From assembly GCA_963692865.2 (NCBI GenBank), contig OY843592.1, forward strand, positions 3,808,001 to 3,872,000: 64,000 nt of DNA, in the 5' to 3' direction. Position numbers and translations under genes: made by a program. Below are positions 7,672-17,943 of the stretch, in pieces (position 1 is the first letter of the stretch; every line of letters starts with the position of its first letter). This DNA comes from a bacterium (lineage in GTDB: Bacteria; UBA8248). Under the pieces are notes generated by a model that searched no databases, had not been told where the DNA came from, and worked only from the letters and a program-made list of their open reading frames with translations.

Positions 7672-10017
7672 CTACTCCCCCGCTTGCTCTCCCCTTCCAC
7701 GCCTCCCCTTCATCAGAAACGCGCCCAGGGCGGGCAGGAGCGCGATGGCGCCCACCATGTTGACCAGGAACATGAACGAGAGCACCGTGCCCATGTCGGC
7801 CTGGAGCTTGAGGGGCGCGAATATCCAGGTCGCCACCCCCACCGACAGCGTGAGGCCGGTGAGCACCACGCCCGCGCCCGTGGTGGCGAGCGCGCGCTCG
7901 TAGGCGGCGGCGAAATCGAGCCCCTCCCGCATGTGGGCGAGGAGCCGCCCGCAGATGTAGATCCCGTAATCCACGCCGATGCCGACGCCCAGGGCCACCA
8001 CCGGCAGGGTCGATACCTTGAGGCCGATCTCCAGAAACGACATCAGCGCGTAGGCGAGGAGCGAGACCAGGGCCAGGGGCGCGACGATGCAGACGGTCGC
8101 CGCCGGCGAGCGGAAAGAGAGCAGGCAGAGCAGAACGACCGCCGCGTAGACGTAGCCCAGAATCGGGAACTGCGACGCTTCTATCTCCTCGTTCGTCGCC
8201 GCCATCACCCCGACGTTTCCGGCCGCGAGGCGGAAGGCGGCCCGCCCGTCATTCTCCGCCCGGTTGAACGCCTTGACGGCGGAGACGACCCGCCGGATGG
8301 TCTGCGCCTTGTGGTCGGCGGTGTAAATGAGCACCGGCATCGCCGAGCAGTCGCCGTTCAGGAGGCCCGTGCTCGTCGGCACGAGGGAGACGGATTCCGC
8401 GAGCGCGTGGCGGTTGCGCGGGAGCGCGCGCCACTTGAGGCTGCCCTCGTTCCAGCCCGCGTTCAGCTTGCGGACGATGCCCGGCAGCGCGACCACCGAG
8501 CGCACGCCCGCCACGTTCCTCATGCGCCACTCGAACTCGTCTATCAGGCGCATCACGCGGTAATCCACGCAGCCCTGCGGTATGGTCTCCACGATCACCG
8601 TCAGCACGTCCACGCCGATGTTGAAGCGCTCGACGATGGCGGCGGTATCGCGGTTGTAGGCGGCATTCGCGCGCAACTCCGGCACCCCCTGGTGCTGGTC
8701 GCCCACGCGAACCTCGGGCGCGTAACGAACGCCCAGGATCAACAACGAGGCGGAGACGGCTATCGTAACGATTGCGGGACGCGGCCTGGCGAGGCGCGCG
8801 GCGCGGCGCCAGAAACCCGCCAACATCCGCGAGGAGCCTGCGCCCTCTCTTTCCCCTTCCGCCTTGAGATAGGAGAGGGCCACCGGCAGCAATCCCAGGT
8901 TCGTGAGGATGATCGCCGCCACGCCCAGGCTGGCGGTTACGGCGATCTCCTGAATGACGCGAACGGGAATGAGCGCGATGGCCACGAACCCGATGGCGTC
9001 GGACGCCAGCGCGACCGCGCCCGGCAGCAGCAGGCGGCGGAAACTCGCCCGCGCGGCGGGTACGCCGCCGCCCCCTTCGGCCTGAACCGCGTTCACCATC
9101 TGCACCCCGTGGCTGACCCCGATGGCGAAGACCAGAAACGGCACCAGGATCGACATCGGGTCGACGCCGAAGCCGAGACCCGCGAGCGCGCCGAGTTGCC
9201 ATACCACCGCGACGAGGGAGCACGCGAGCGGCATCGCCGTGAGGCGGGCCGAGCGGGTGTAGGCGTAGACGAAAAGAGCGGTGATCACGACGGCGATGCC
9301 GAAGAAGAGCAGCACCTGGGCCGCGCCGTCGGCAATCTCGCCCACGACCTTGGCGAACCCGATGATGTGGACTTTCGCGACGCCGCCCGCCTCCGCGTCG
9401 CGGCGGATGGCCTCGAGCGCCCGCGCGACTTCCAGGTAGTCGAGCCGCTCGCCGGTGTCGGGGTGGAACTCCTGGAGCCTCGCGCTCACCAGCGCGCCGG
9501 AGAAATCGTTCGCCACGAGCCGCCCCACGATCCCCGCCTTGATGATGTTCTCGCGCACCCGCGCAAGGCCGGCCTTCGTCGGCTTGAAGTCCGCGGGCAG
9601 CACGTTGCCCGCGACGATGCCGTCCTCGACCACCTCGTTGTAGCGCACGTTCGGCGTCACCACGGAATAGACCTGGGCGCGGTCCACGCCCGGCAGGAAG
9701 AAAACGGCGTCGTTCACCTTCTGGAGCAGGGCGAAGAATTCCGGGCTGAAGATGTCGCCCTCCTTCGCCACGAGCGCCACCGCCACCCGGTCCGCGCCCC
9801 CGAACGCGGCGCGGTGCTTGATGAAGGTGCGCATGTAGGGGTGTTCGAGCGGGACCAGCTTGGTGAAGCCCGCATCGACGCGAAGCCCAGCGGCCAGCCA
9901 GGCCATCGCCAGCGTGACGATGAGAAACGCCGCGAGCACCCGCTTCCGGCGCGAGAACAGCGCGCGCTCGATCCGGGCGGCGACCGAAGACGTTTCGGGA
10001 GAGGAGGCGTCCGTCAT
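7672..10017 (-). CDS. MMPL/RND-family transporter
   Basis: Two TM bundles with AIGVSHGVQ and GIGVDYGIY motifs and large periplasmic loops. Confidence 0.9.
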   Translation of the reverse strand: MTDASSPETSSVAARIERALFSRRKRVLAAFLIVTLAMAWLAAGLRVDAGFTKLVPLEHPYMRTFIKHRAAFGGADRVAVALVAKEGDIFSPEFFALLQKVNDAVFFLPGVDRAQVYSVVTPNVRYNEVVEDGIVAGNVLPADFKPTKAGLARVRENIIKAGIVGRLVANDFSGALVSARLQEFHPDTGERLDYLEVARALEAIRRDAEAGGVAKVHIIGFAKVVGEIADGAAQVLLFFGIAVVITALFVYAYTRSARLTAMPLACSLVAVVWQLGALAGLGFGVDPMSILVPFLVFAIGVSHGVQMVNAVQAEGGGGVPAARASFRRLLLPGAVALASDAIGFVAIALIPVRVIQEIAVTASLGVAAIILTNLGLLPVALSYLKAEGEREGAGSSRMLAGFWRRAARLARPRPAIVTIAVSASLLILGVRYAPEVRVGDQHQGVPELRANAAYNRDTAAIVERFNIGVDVLTVIVETIPQGCVDYRVMRLIDEFEWRMRNVAGVRSVVALPGIVRKLNAGWNEGSLKWRALPRNRHALAESVSLVPTSTGLLNGDCSAMPVLIYTADHKAQTIRRVVSAVKAFNRAENDGRAAFRLAAGNVGVMAATNEEIEASQFPILGYVYAAVVLLCLLSFRSPAATVCIVAPLALVSLLAYALMSFLEIGLKVSTLPVVALGVGIGVDYGIYICGRLLAHMREGLDFAAAYERALATTGAGVVLTGLTLSVGVATWIFAPLKLQADMGTVLSFMFLVNMVGAIALLPALGAFLMKGRRGRGEQAGE

Positions 10018-10027
10018 GTGGAAGAGT

Positions 10028-11002
10028 CTATTCCGCCCCGGGCAGGCGTTTGGCGCCGAACTCGCCGATCAGGAGCACCCGCCCATCGGGCAGGGCAAGC
10101 GCTTTCGAGATTCCCAAGCGCGACGTCAGCGGCTTGAAGGCCGCGTCGCGCGATACGCTGCGCCCGCCGTCGCGGCTCACCAGCAGGGCGCCTTCGAGGC
10201 CCGTGACGAGCATCAGACCCGGCTTCACGAGGAGCGCTCCCGTGAGGGTCGCCTTCGTCCGCGTGCGGACCCGGCTCCAGCTTTCACCCCCGTCGTCGGT
10301 GCGGTACATGCTGCCTCTCAAGCCGAACAGCAGCAATCGCTCCGCATCCAACGCGAGCGCGGAGAACCACGAACCCGCGTAGGGCGAGGGGAGCTTGCGC
10401 CAGTTGGCGCCGCCGTCGTCGCTTCGGTAGATCGCGCCCGCTTCCCCGGCGATGAACAACCGCCCGCCTCCCGCGGGTACGATGGCGTTCAGGTGGAAAT
10501 CGTCCCTGTCGATGGTTCGCGGCTTCCAGGTGCGCCCGCCGTCGGTGGTGCTCAGAAAATAGCCGTACGCCCCCACCGCGAAGCCGGCTCGTTCGTCGCG
10601 GAACCAGACGTCGAGCAGGGGGCGCTCTTCTTTCGGCGCGTAATGGGCGATGCGCCAGGTCGCGCCGCCGTCCCCGGTGCGCAGGATGAGCGCGTCGTGC
10701 CCGACCGCCCAGCCGAGGCGCGCATCGTGCATGTGCACGGCGGTCAGCAGGGCGCGTACCGGCACGCGGGCCTGCCTCCACCTCGAGCCGCCGTCGTCCG
10801 AGACCAGCGCGTGGCCGCGCTCGCCGACCACCACCAGCCGCGAACCGGCGGAGGCTCCGTCGAGAAGCAGGGAATGGGGCGCGAGCCGCGCCTGAACGGC
10901 CGGTTGGGCGCCAGCCGCCGCGAGGGGCAGCAGAAAGAAGACGAGGGCGGGCAGCAGACGCCGCCGCAACCTTCCCGAAACCCCGGAGACCTCCGCCGTC
11001 AT
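10028..11002 (-). CDS. YCF48-related BNR/Asp-box beta-propeller protein
   Basis: Repeated S/T-x-D-G-G-x-x-W motifs; signal peptide. Confidence 0.88.
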   Translation of the reverse strand: MTAEVSGVSGRLRRRLLPALVFFLLPLAAAGAQPAVQARLAPHSLLLDGASAGSRLVVVGERGHALVSDDGGSRWRQARVPVRALLTAVHMHDARLGWAVGHDALILRTGDGGATWRIAHYAPKEERPLLDVWFRDERAGFAVGAYGYFLSTTDGGRTWKPRTIDRDDFHLNAIVPAGGGRLFIAGEAGAIYRSDDGGANWRKLPSPYAGSWFSALALDAERLLLFGLRGSMYRTDDGGESWSRVRTRTKATLTGALLVKPGLMLVTGLEGALLVSRDGGRSVSRDAAFKPLTSRLGISKALALPDGRVLLIGEFGAKRLPGAE

Positions 11003-12357
11003 CTCCTGCCCATGCGGCGCAGCATCGCAGGCGTGAAATCCCTCTCCGTGAGATCCGGGTCGAAGGTGCCGATGGGGAACTCGTTCTTGAGGCCCAGGGC
11101 GAGGTAGCGCCCCGCCTGAAGGTCGGTGTGCACCTCGAGGGTCAAGGACAACAAGGGTTCCTCGTAATAGTTGATGACGTGGCCCTCGGACACCCGCCAG
11201 AGCTGATCCCGGTTGTCGTAGATGTCGGCGAGCAGAACCGTCCAGGAATCCTCATCCACGTAGAACCGCCGTTTCTTGTAGAGGTGGCGCGCCCCTTCCT
11301 TGAGCGTCGCCTCGACCACCCAGACCCGGTGCAGTTCGTAGCGCAGATATTTCGGGTTGACGTGCAGGGGCTTGAGAACGTCGGCGAAGGCGATCTTGTC
11401 GCTGTGGAGCTTGTAGCTGTTGTAGGGCACGTACATCTCCCGCTTGCCGATCAGCTTCCAGTCGTAGCGGTCGATGGCCCCGTTGTACATGTCGAACTGG
11501 TCGCTCGTCCGCAGCCCGTCCGACGCGGTGCCCGGGTTGTCGTAGGCGACGTTCGGCGCGCGCCGCACCCGGCGCTGGCCGGGGTTGTACACCCAGACGT
11601 GGCGCGGTTCGGCGACCTGGTTGAGCGTCTCGTAGGCCAGCAGGATTCTGCCCGCGAGCCGCGCGGGCGCCGCCACCTTCTGGAGGAAGAGAATCGCCTT
11701 GTTCGCCAGTTTCGCCTCCGTCATGCCCGGCTGCGAATAGCGTATGAGGAACGCATCCTCGAGCCGGACGAGCGTGTAGTCGCCGCTCCGGGTCACGGCG
11801 GCCTGGCCGATGACGCGCGAGGAGGCCTTCCCCCGGTAGCGCAGCAGGTGATTCCAGATCACGTGCGCGCCGTTTTTGGGAATCGGGAACGGTATGCCGA
11901 TCACCGCGCCCGTGACGCCGTTGCCGCCCTCGGCGAGCTTCGCGGTGGCGGCGACGCGGCGGGTGGCGTCGTAGATACGCTGCGGGGCGGAGGCGCTGCG
12001 CCGGGTCGGATAGACCGGAAGCCGGAGCGTGGGGTAGGTCTCCACCATCTTCTGGAGCCCGGCCGAGAGCTTCGCGCGATGTTTGTCGAGGTTGGCGCGG
12101 GTGATGGTGAAAAGGGGCTTGTCGTCCGGATAGGGGTCGGGATGGTGGTCGCCGACCTTGTAGCCGGCCGGCGGGGTCGTGATGCCGCCCTTCCACTCGG
12201 GGATGGTCCCGGCGGCGTTGCCCGCCCGTTCCGCGCCGAGGGGGGTGAGGTCCTTGCCGAGCCGTGCGATTTCATCGGCGGAAACCGCGGCGGAGGCGCT
12301 GGTCGCGACGAAGGTGAAAAGCATCGCGACGCTGATTCTCGATATGATGGTTTTCAT
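10999..12357 (-). CDS. DUF1329 periplasmic protein
   Basis: LTPLGAERAGNAAGTIPEW, IPFPIPKNG and PGQRRVRRAP motifs. Start trimmed to MKTIISR (signal peptide). Confidence 0.9.
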   Translation of the reverse strand: MKTIISRISVAMLFTFVATSASAAVSADEIARLGKDLTPLGAERAGNAAGTIPEWKGGITTPPAGYKVGDHHPDPYPDDKPLFTITRANLDKHRAKLSAGLQKMVETYPTLRLPVYPTRRSASAPQRIYDATRRVAATAKLAEGGNGVTGAVIGIPFPIPKNGAHVIWNHLLRYRGKASSRVIGQAAVTRSGDYTLVRLEDAFLIRYSQPGMTEAKLANKAILFLQKVAAPARLAGRILLAYETLNQVAEPRHVWVYNPGQRRVRRAPNVAYDNPGTASDGLRTSDQFDMYNGAIDRYDWKLIGKREMYVPYNSYKLHSDKIAFADVLKPLHVNPKYLRYELHRVWVVEATLKEGARHLYKKRRFYVDEDSWTVLLADIYDNRDQLWRVSEGHVINYYEEPLLSLTLEVHTDLQAGRYLALGLKNEFPIGTFDPDLTERDFTPAMLRRMGRR

Positions 12358-12386
12358 GGCGGTTACCCCATTTTCATCGCTGTTGG

Positions 12387-14618
12387 TCAGAACAGGTATT
12401 TGACGGTGGCGGAAACGAAGTCGCGATCGCTCACCCGGTTGTGCTTTCCGGCGCCGCCGAACATGGTGAAGCTCATGTCGAAATGCCAGCGGTTGAGATA
12501 GATCGCGCCCAGCCCGAGGGTCAGTGCGACGCGGTTTTCCACGAAAGGCCCGCCCGGGCCGGGGCTGGTGCCCTTCACGTCGTGCTGAAGCGAGATGCGC
12601 GGCGAGAGGTTCACCGCGCCGATGGCGTTGAGATACGACAGGCGCGCCGCCAGCCGGTAGCCGTAGGAGGTGGCGCTCGCGAACCGATCCAGAGGCTCCG
12701 CCGGGAGATCCTTGTGCGCGCCCGCCGGCCTGGAGGCGTCCGCCGGCATGGAATGATAGGGGTCGCCGCTGGTCTCCGTGCCCGGCCCCTCCAGGCGCAG
12801 CACGCTTCTGTCCGGCATGTCGTGCACGTACATGAGGGCGGCTTCCGCGACGAACGCCAGGCTGTTCGCCCCCAGGGTGGGGCCGAAAACCTTGGTGGCC
12901 GTGGCCTGAATCTGGCTCACGTCGCGCTCGATGTAGCCTTTGACGTACTCCTCGTAGCCGAGACCAGAGGGCGCAACCTGGTTCCGGCAGTAGGCGAAAG
13001 GACTCGAGGGCGCGCAGGGCGGTCCACCCGGATCGCTCGGCGCGGCGGTGAGCGGCGTCATGGCGGCGAAGAAGAGTTCGTTGTCGTCGATCTGCAGGGG
13101 CGCGTCCATGCGGTGGGAGAGTTCTCCCTGCAGCGCCCAGCCCGACGCCCCGAGTTGCGTGTTGAAGCTCACGCCGAGGAGCTGGATGTCCTCGGGGTAT
13201 TCGGCGAAGTAGCCCGCCGTCTTCGCGTAACGATCGACGGCCAGGAGGCCGGCCATGCTGCCCACGGTGCCGGCCACCCGTTTGGCGACCTCTTGTCTGA
13301 TCGCCGCCTGAATGACCGCCGGCGGCGTGCCTGGCGGAAACTTGGCGGTGACCGCCTTGGCGACCGCCGGGGTGATGGCCTGCGCAAACGCCCCTGGAGT
13401 TACGGAACCCGTGGCTACCGCTCCCAATGCAAAGAGGCCGTCTGTCACCCCCTGCGCCGTGCCGGTGCGTCCGCTCACGACGGGCAGACGGCTGTGGTAA
13501 TTCACGAAATAAAAGCCGAATTCGGTGTTGCCCAAGCCCTCGGCGAGGTAGCGCAGCGCGACGCCCCACTGGCCGGAATCTTCGGGTTCGTCGTCCCCCC
13601 TGCGGAATACGTTCAGGAAATGGGGGTCGAAGACCGGCTGCGCCCTCTGCGGCAGGGGCATGAGGGTCCCCGGCGCGGCGGGGCTGGGGATGTGGAAGCC
13701 CTGAAGATCCGCGTTGATCGCCTGCGTGAGGCCGCGCCCGAACACTTCATAACTGAACCCGGTGTCGGGGAAGGCGCCGAAGCCGAGCACGACTCTCTTC
13801 CCGCCCGCGCCGACGAAGTCGCTCGTCGAGAAGTAGCTGCCCGGCGGATCGATCTCGGTCTTCTCCCACTTCACCTGATAGAAACCCTCCACGGAGAGGT
13901 TCTCGTTCAGTGAGGCCGAGGCGGAGACCATCGGAACCGGCACCAGCCCGTCGCGCAACTCCGCGCCCGGCGTCCTGAGCCTGTTCACGTCGAAGGGGTT
14001 GATGACGTTGATGCTGTTCTGGATGAACGTGCTCTCGCCCCAGCTGATGACGTGATTGCCGAGGCGAAGATCCACCGGCACGCCGCCCAGGTCGAACGAG
14101 CCGGTGAGGTAGGCGTCGAGGACGTCGAAATCCTTCCCGACCCGATCTTTCGCCATGGGCGAGAGGGGGTTGCGCGCCCGCTCGCCGTTTTCGTTCTCGA
14201 AGTCGAAAAAGCCGTTCACGCGGAAGAAGGCGCCGAAATTGCGGTAGTTGAGGTCGAGCTCGCCGGTGAACTTCGACGCGTTGCTCACGACGCCGCGATC
14301 GAAGTTGAGGTTGCCGTCGTCGCCGTTGACGGAGTTCGCGGAGCCGAGGCCTTCGGCCTTGCCGATCAGGCGCTCGTCGCGGTCCCCGATGCGGAAGGTG
14401 ACGCCGTGGGAAAGCGTGATGTCGAGGCTGCCCTCGAGTTCACCCTGCCGGAAATCCTCCGCGCCCGCGGGCGCAACGCACATGAGGAAGGCCGCGGCCA
14501 GCCCGCAGGCCGCAAGGCGAAGCGGGCGAGAGGCGAGTCTCAAGACGGCGCCGGGTGAGAGACGGTCCGTCGGCAGCCCGGCGCGGGCGCGATGGGAAGT
14601 GGAATAGGCTGGGATCAT
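12387..14618 (-). CDS. DUF1302 outer-membrane protein
   Basis: NGDDGNLNFD, WGESTF, YHSRLP, EYPEDI and C-terminal DRDFVSATVKYLF. Start may be downstream. Confidence 0.88.
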   Translation of the reverse strand: MIPAYSTSHRARAGLPTDRLSPGAVLRLASRPLRLAACGLAAAFLMCVAPAGAEDFRQGELEGSLDITLSHGVTFRIGDRDERLIGKAEGLGSANSVNGDDGNLNFDRGVVSNASKFTGELDLNYRNFGAFFRVNGFFDFENENGERARNPLSPMAKDRVGKDFDVLDAYLTGSFDLGGVPVDLRLGNHVISWGESTFIQNSINVINPFDVNRLRTPGAELRDGLVPVPMVSASASLNENLSVEGFYQVKWEKTEIDPPGSYFSTSDFVGAGGKRVVLGFGAFPDTGFSYEVFGRGLTQAINADLQGFHIPSPAAPGTLMPLPQRAQPVFDPHFLNVFRRGDDEPEDSGQWGVALRYLAEGLGNTEFGFYFVNYHSRLPVVSGRTGTAQGVTDGLFALGAVATGSVTPGAFAQAITPAVAKAVTAKFPPGTPPAVIQAAIRQEVAKRVAGTVGSMAGLLAVDRYAKTAGYFAEYPEDIQLLGVSFNTQLGASGWALQGELSHRMDAPLQIDDNELFFAAMTPLTAAPSDPGGPPCAPSSPFAYCRNQVAPSGLGYEEYVKGYIERDVSQIQATATKVFGPTLGANSLAFVAEAALMYVHDMPDRSVLRLEGPGTETSGDPYHSMPADASRPAGAHKDLPAEPLDRFASATSYGYRLAARLSYLNAIGAVNLSPRISLQHDVKGTSPGPGGPFVENRVALTLGLGAIYLNRWHFDMSFTMFGGAGKHNRVSDRDFVSATVKYLF

Positions 14619-14829
14619 GCCGGTAGGTCCCCCCGTTTCGACAGGATGATTTTGTGGACGCGTATTCGTTCAAGATATATGGAACGTCTTGAGCGAGTCA
14701 AGGGAAAACGAACGCACCGGAAAGCGGCGTCTTGCGGGTGAAGACAAACGCGCAAGCGCCGGGACCGGTCGTCACGCCGGCGCGGGAAGTTCAGGGCTTT
14801 CTCTGGGAATGCCCGCCGGAGGAGCGTCG

Positions 14830-15903
14830 TCAGCGGACGCGCTTTCCGTCGGGCTCGAAGAGATAGACGTGCGCCGGATCGAACGTGACGTTGAGGCGGT
14901 CGCCCGCATGGAAGCGATCGCTCGCCTCGATGATCGCGATGGTCGGGCGCTCGGCGCCGTGTTCGAAGTAGAGCAGCGTGTCCTTGCCGAGCGGCTCGAC
15001 GAGCTGGACGGCGCACGAGAAAGCGGCTTCCTGGCTCCCCACCACCACGTGCTCGGGACGCACGCCCAAGGTGTAGTCCCCCGAAGATACGCCCGCGTAG
15101 GCGTCGGGGAGCTTGAACTCGATGCCGGCGCCCGCGAAGGCGGCGGCGCCGTTCGAGCCCTCCACCGCCCCCGGGATGAGGTTCATGGAGGGGCTGCCGA
15201 AGAAATCGGCCACGAAGTAGCTGACCGGGTCGTTGTAGATTTCGAGCGGGGTGCCCACCTGCTCGATGACGCCGTCGCGCATCACCACGATGCGGTCGGC
15301 CAGCGTCATGGCCTCTTCCTGATCGTGCGTGACGTAGACGAACGTCTTCTTGAGCTCCTCGTGGAGCCTGTCGATCTCGGCGCGCATCTCGCGGCGGAGC
15401 TTGGCGTCCAGGCTGGAGAGCGGCTCGTCCAGCAGAAAAGCGGCGGGGTCGGTGATGAGGGTGCGGGCCAGCGCGGCGCGCTGCGCCTCGCCGCCCGAGC
15501 ATTCGACGGGCAGCTTCTGAAGGAGGTGCGTGATGCGCACCATGTCGGCCACCTCGCGCACTTTCTGTTTGCGCGTCTCGGGCGGCACCTTCTTCATGCG
15601 CGGGCCGAACTCGATGTTCTCGGCTATCGTCTTGTGCGGGAACAGGGCGTGCGTCTGGAAGACCATGCCGACGCCGCGGTCGCCGGGGTCCACGTCGTTC
15701 ACGAGGCGTCCGTCGATGGTGATCTCGCCCGCGGTGGGCTCCTCGAAACCCGCGACCATGCGCAGCGTGGTCGTCTTCCCGCATCCCGAGGGTCCGACGA
15801 TGACGACGAACTCGCCTTCCTCGATGGTGAAGTCGAGGTTCTTCACGGCCTCGATGTTCCTGCCGAATACCTTGCGTAAACCCTTGAGTTCGATTCTCGC
15901 CAT
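14830..15903 (-). CDS. CUT1 ABC transporter ATP-binding subunit
   Basis: GPSGCGKT, SGGEAQR, LLDEPL and YVTHDQEEAM motifs; TOBE-type C-terminus. Confidence 0.95.
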   Translation of the reverse strand: MARIELKGLRKVFGRNIEAVKNLDFTIEEGEFVVIVGPSGCGKTTTLRMVAGFEEPTAGEITIDGRLVNDVDPGDRGVGMVFQTHALFPHKTIAENIEFGPRMKKVPPETRKQKVREVADMVRITHLLQKLPVECSGGEAQRAALARTLITDPAAFLLDEPLSSLDAKLRREMRAEIDRLHEELKKTFVYVTHDQEEAMTLADRIVVMRDGVIEQVGTPLEIYNDPVSYFVADFFGSPSMNLIPGAVEGSNGAAAFAGAGIEFKLPDAYAGVSSGDYTLGVRPEHVVVGSQEAAFSCAVQLVEPLGKDTLLYFEHGAERPTIAIIEASDRFHAGDRLNVTFDPAHVYLFEPDGKRVR

Positions 15904-15910
15904 TGTCCTT

Positions 15911-16813
15911 TTACCTCTTCACCATTCCGAATGTGAAACCTCGCACCAGGTGTTTTCGAATGAAAATGCCGATGACCATGAGCGGCAGGGTGATTCCCAC
16001 CGCCAGGGCGGCCTGATGGCCGTAGACGCGGCCCTCGTCGGAGCCTTCGTATTTCGCCAGCTGGACGGGCAGCGTCACCACGTCCACCTTCGACAGCATG
16101 AGGGAGAGCAGATATTCGCTCCACGTCAGGATGAGGATGAACAGGAACGTCGCCACGATGCCTGAGCGGATGAGCGGGAATACCACCTCGCGGATCGCCT
16201 GCCACTTGGTGGCGCCGAGAATTTCGGCGGCCTGTTCGATCTCAACGGGAACCTCGTCCACGAAGCTCTTCGTCATCCAGACGGAATACGGCAATGTAGT
16301 GATGAAATAGACGATAATCAGCCCCAGCGCCGTGTCCATCAGATGGATCGCCGAGTAGTAGAGCGTCAGCGGCGCCGCCACCACGATGGGCGGAATCATC
16401 CTGAGCACAAGGAGCTGGAACATCCGTATCTCCGATAATATCCGGTATCGCGAGACCCCGTAGGCCAGAATCGCGCCGAAGGCGACCGAGAGCGCGGTGG
16501 CGGTGATGGCGATGTAGAGGCTGTTCCATAGCGCCTGCCAGGGCTTGTTGGCCGAGTGCGACTCGTAGCGGGCTGTCTGCGATTTCTCCTCGAGGGTCGT
16601 TCGAGGACTCTGCTCCCTGCCCCACACGGCCTGGTAGTTGACCCAGGAGGCCTCATTCGACCAGTAGACCGGCGGCCAGGCGTGCCACTCCCAGTCGGGC
16701 TTGAACGAGGTGGAGACGATCCAGAAAATCGGGAACGCCACGATCACCGACCATATGAACAACATGGCGTAGCGGAAGATGGTGAACAGGCGCGCCTTCG
16801 TGACTCGGTTCAT
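15911..16813 (-). CDS. Carbohydrate ABC transporter permease (MalG-like)
   Basis: EAA loop EIEQAAEILGA; multiple TM segments. Confidence 0.92.
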   Translation of the reverse strand: MNRVTKARLFTIFRYAMLFIWSVIVAFPIFWIVSTSFKPDWEWHAWPPVYWSNEASWVNYQAVWGREQSPRTTLEEKSQTARYESHSANKPWQALWNSLYIAITATALSVAFGAILAYGVSRYRILSEIRMFQLLVLRMIPPIVVAAPLTLYYSAIHLMDTALGLIIVYFITTLPYSVWMTKSFVDEVPVEIEQAAEILGATKWQAIREVVFPLIRSGIVATFLFILILTWSEYLLSLMLSKVDVVTLPVQLAKYEGSDEGRVYGHQAALAVGITLPLMVIGIFIRKHLVRGFTFGMVKR

Positions 16814-16815
16814 GT

Positions 16816-17778
16816 CTAGGCCTCCGCGCGCGACGTTTCATGCAGGGCGTCGAGCGCCCGTTTCTCGCGGCGGAGCACGTAGATCGCCGTAAGAACAATG
16901 AATATCATGATGACCATGACGACGTAGGACATCGCCGCGCCCTTCGATATGTCGAACGACACCCAGGTCGTGAAATAGAGATAGATGGGTATCGTCTCGG
17001 TGGCAGTGCCCGGACCTCCCTGGATGAGACCCCACGTTTTCGGAAACTCCGCCATCGCCTCCAGAAAGCGGAGGATGAGCGCCAGGAAAATGACGGGGCG
17101 CAGGAGCGGAAGCTGTATCTCGCGGAAGATCTGCAGGCGGTTCGCACCAAGGATGCGTGCGGCCTCAACAGGCTCTGTCGGCAAGGAGGAGAGGCCCGCC
17201 AGCATGATGATGAAGACGAAAGGCGTCCAGTTCCATATCTCCAGCAGAATAATCGTGAAAATTGCGACATCAGGGTTCGCCAGCCAGGTGAACTTCGAGA
17301 GGTCCCCCGGCAGGAAATAGCTCAAAAACCCGTTGATGGGTCCTTTCTCGTACAAGAGCATGTCGGCGGTGTAGGCGATGACCACGGGCACCGTCAGCAT
17401 CGGGAGTATGAAGAGAATGTAGAAGAACGCCTGCCCCCGGAAAGGCTTGTACATCAGAAGCGCCAGTGCAAAACCGCAGATGAAGCAACCCAGCGTCGAG
17501 AGGCCCGCGAACAGGAGCGAGCGCCCCATGGCCTTCCAGAAACGCTCTTCGCCCAACACCTCCTGGAACAACTCGAATCCCACGAACTCCGCGTCGAACC
17601 AGGTGGAGAGATAGACCGTCCAGGAGTGGAACGAAAAGTATATCTGCAGGAGAAACACGGGTATCAGAAACGCGAAAAGGAGAATCAGCGGAGAGAGCAC
17701 GCTCCATTTGAATACGCGCACGCCCCGGGCGCGGGTGGAGCGCCTACCCTTCGGCTGCGCTATTGTGGCCGTCGCCAT
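16816..17778 (-). CDS. Carbohydrate ABC transporter permease (MalF-like)
   Basis: WNWTPF...EAARILGA EAA loop; GGPGTATET. Confidence 0.92.
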   Translation of the reverse strand: MATATIAQPKGRRSTRARGVRVFKWSVLSPLILLFAFLIPVFLLQIYFSFHSWTVYLSTWFDAEFVGFELFQEVLGEERFWKAMGRSLLFAGLSTLGCFICGFALALLMYKPFRGQAFFYILFILPMLTVPVVIAYTADMLLYEKGPINGFLSYFLPGDLSKFTWLANPDVAIFTIILLEIWNWTPFVFIIMLAGLSSLPTEPVEAARILGANRLQIFREIQLPLLRPVIFLALILRFLEAMAEFPKTWGLIQGGPGTATETIPIYLYFTTWVSFDISKGAAMSYVVMVIMIFIVLTAIYVLRREKRALDALHETSRAEA

Positions 17779-17901
17779 TCAACAAGACTCCTACGGCATC
17801 GAATGAATCGGAGCTTTCGCCGGGAAACATCCGGAAGCGATAATCGCGTCGGCGGCCGGGGCGGGCGATTACCCGCCGGCCCCGGCCGGCGAAACATGGA
17901 A

Positions 17902-17932
17902 CCTCTCCCCGGAGCCGGGCCCCGGGGAGAGG
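17902..17932 (-). terminator. Stem-loop between the substrate-binding gene and the permease (stabiliser or partial terminator)
   Basis: CCTCTCCCCGG...CCGGGGAGAGG hairpin just after the substrate-binding protein stop. Confidence 0.55.
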
Positions 17933-17943
17933 AGTTTTTCGTA

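Noticed and set aside
7684-10137. Long antisense or alternative-frame ORFs (also 16840-19425, 28121-30016, 38366-40321, 41873-44404, 53706-55208)
   Set aside because: Shadows of well-supported genes in high-GC DNA; no motifs.
12358-13569. 400-aa N-terminal extension of the DUF1329 ORF, suggesting a fusion
   Set aside because: Overlaps DUF1302 in another frame; the signal peptide begins at 12357.
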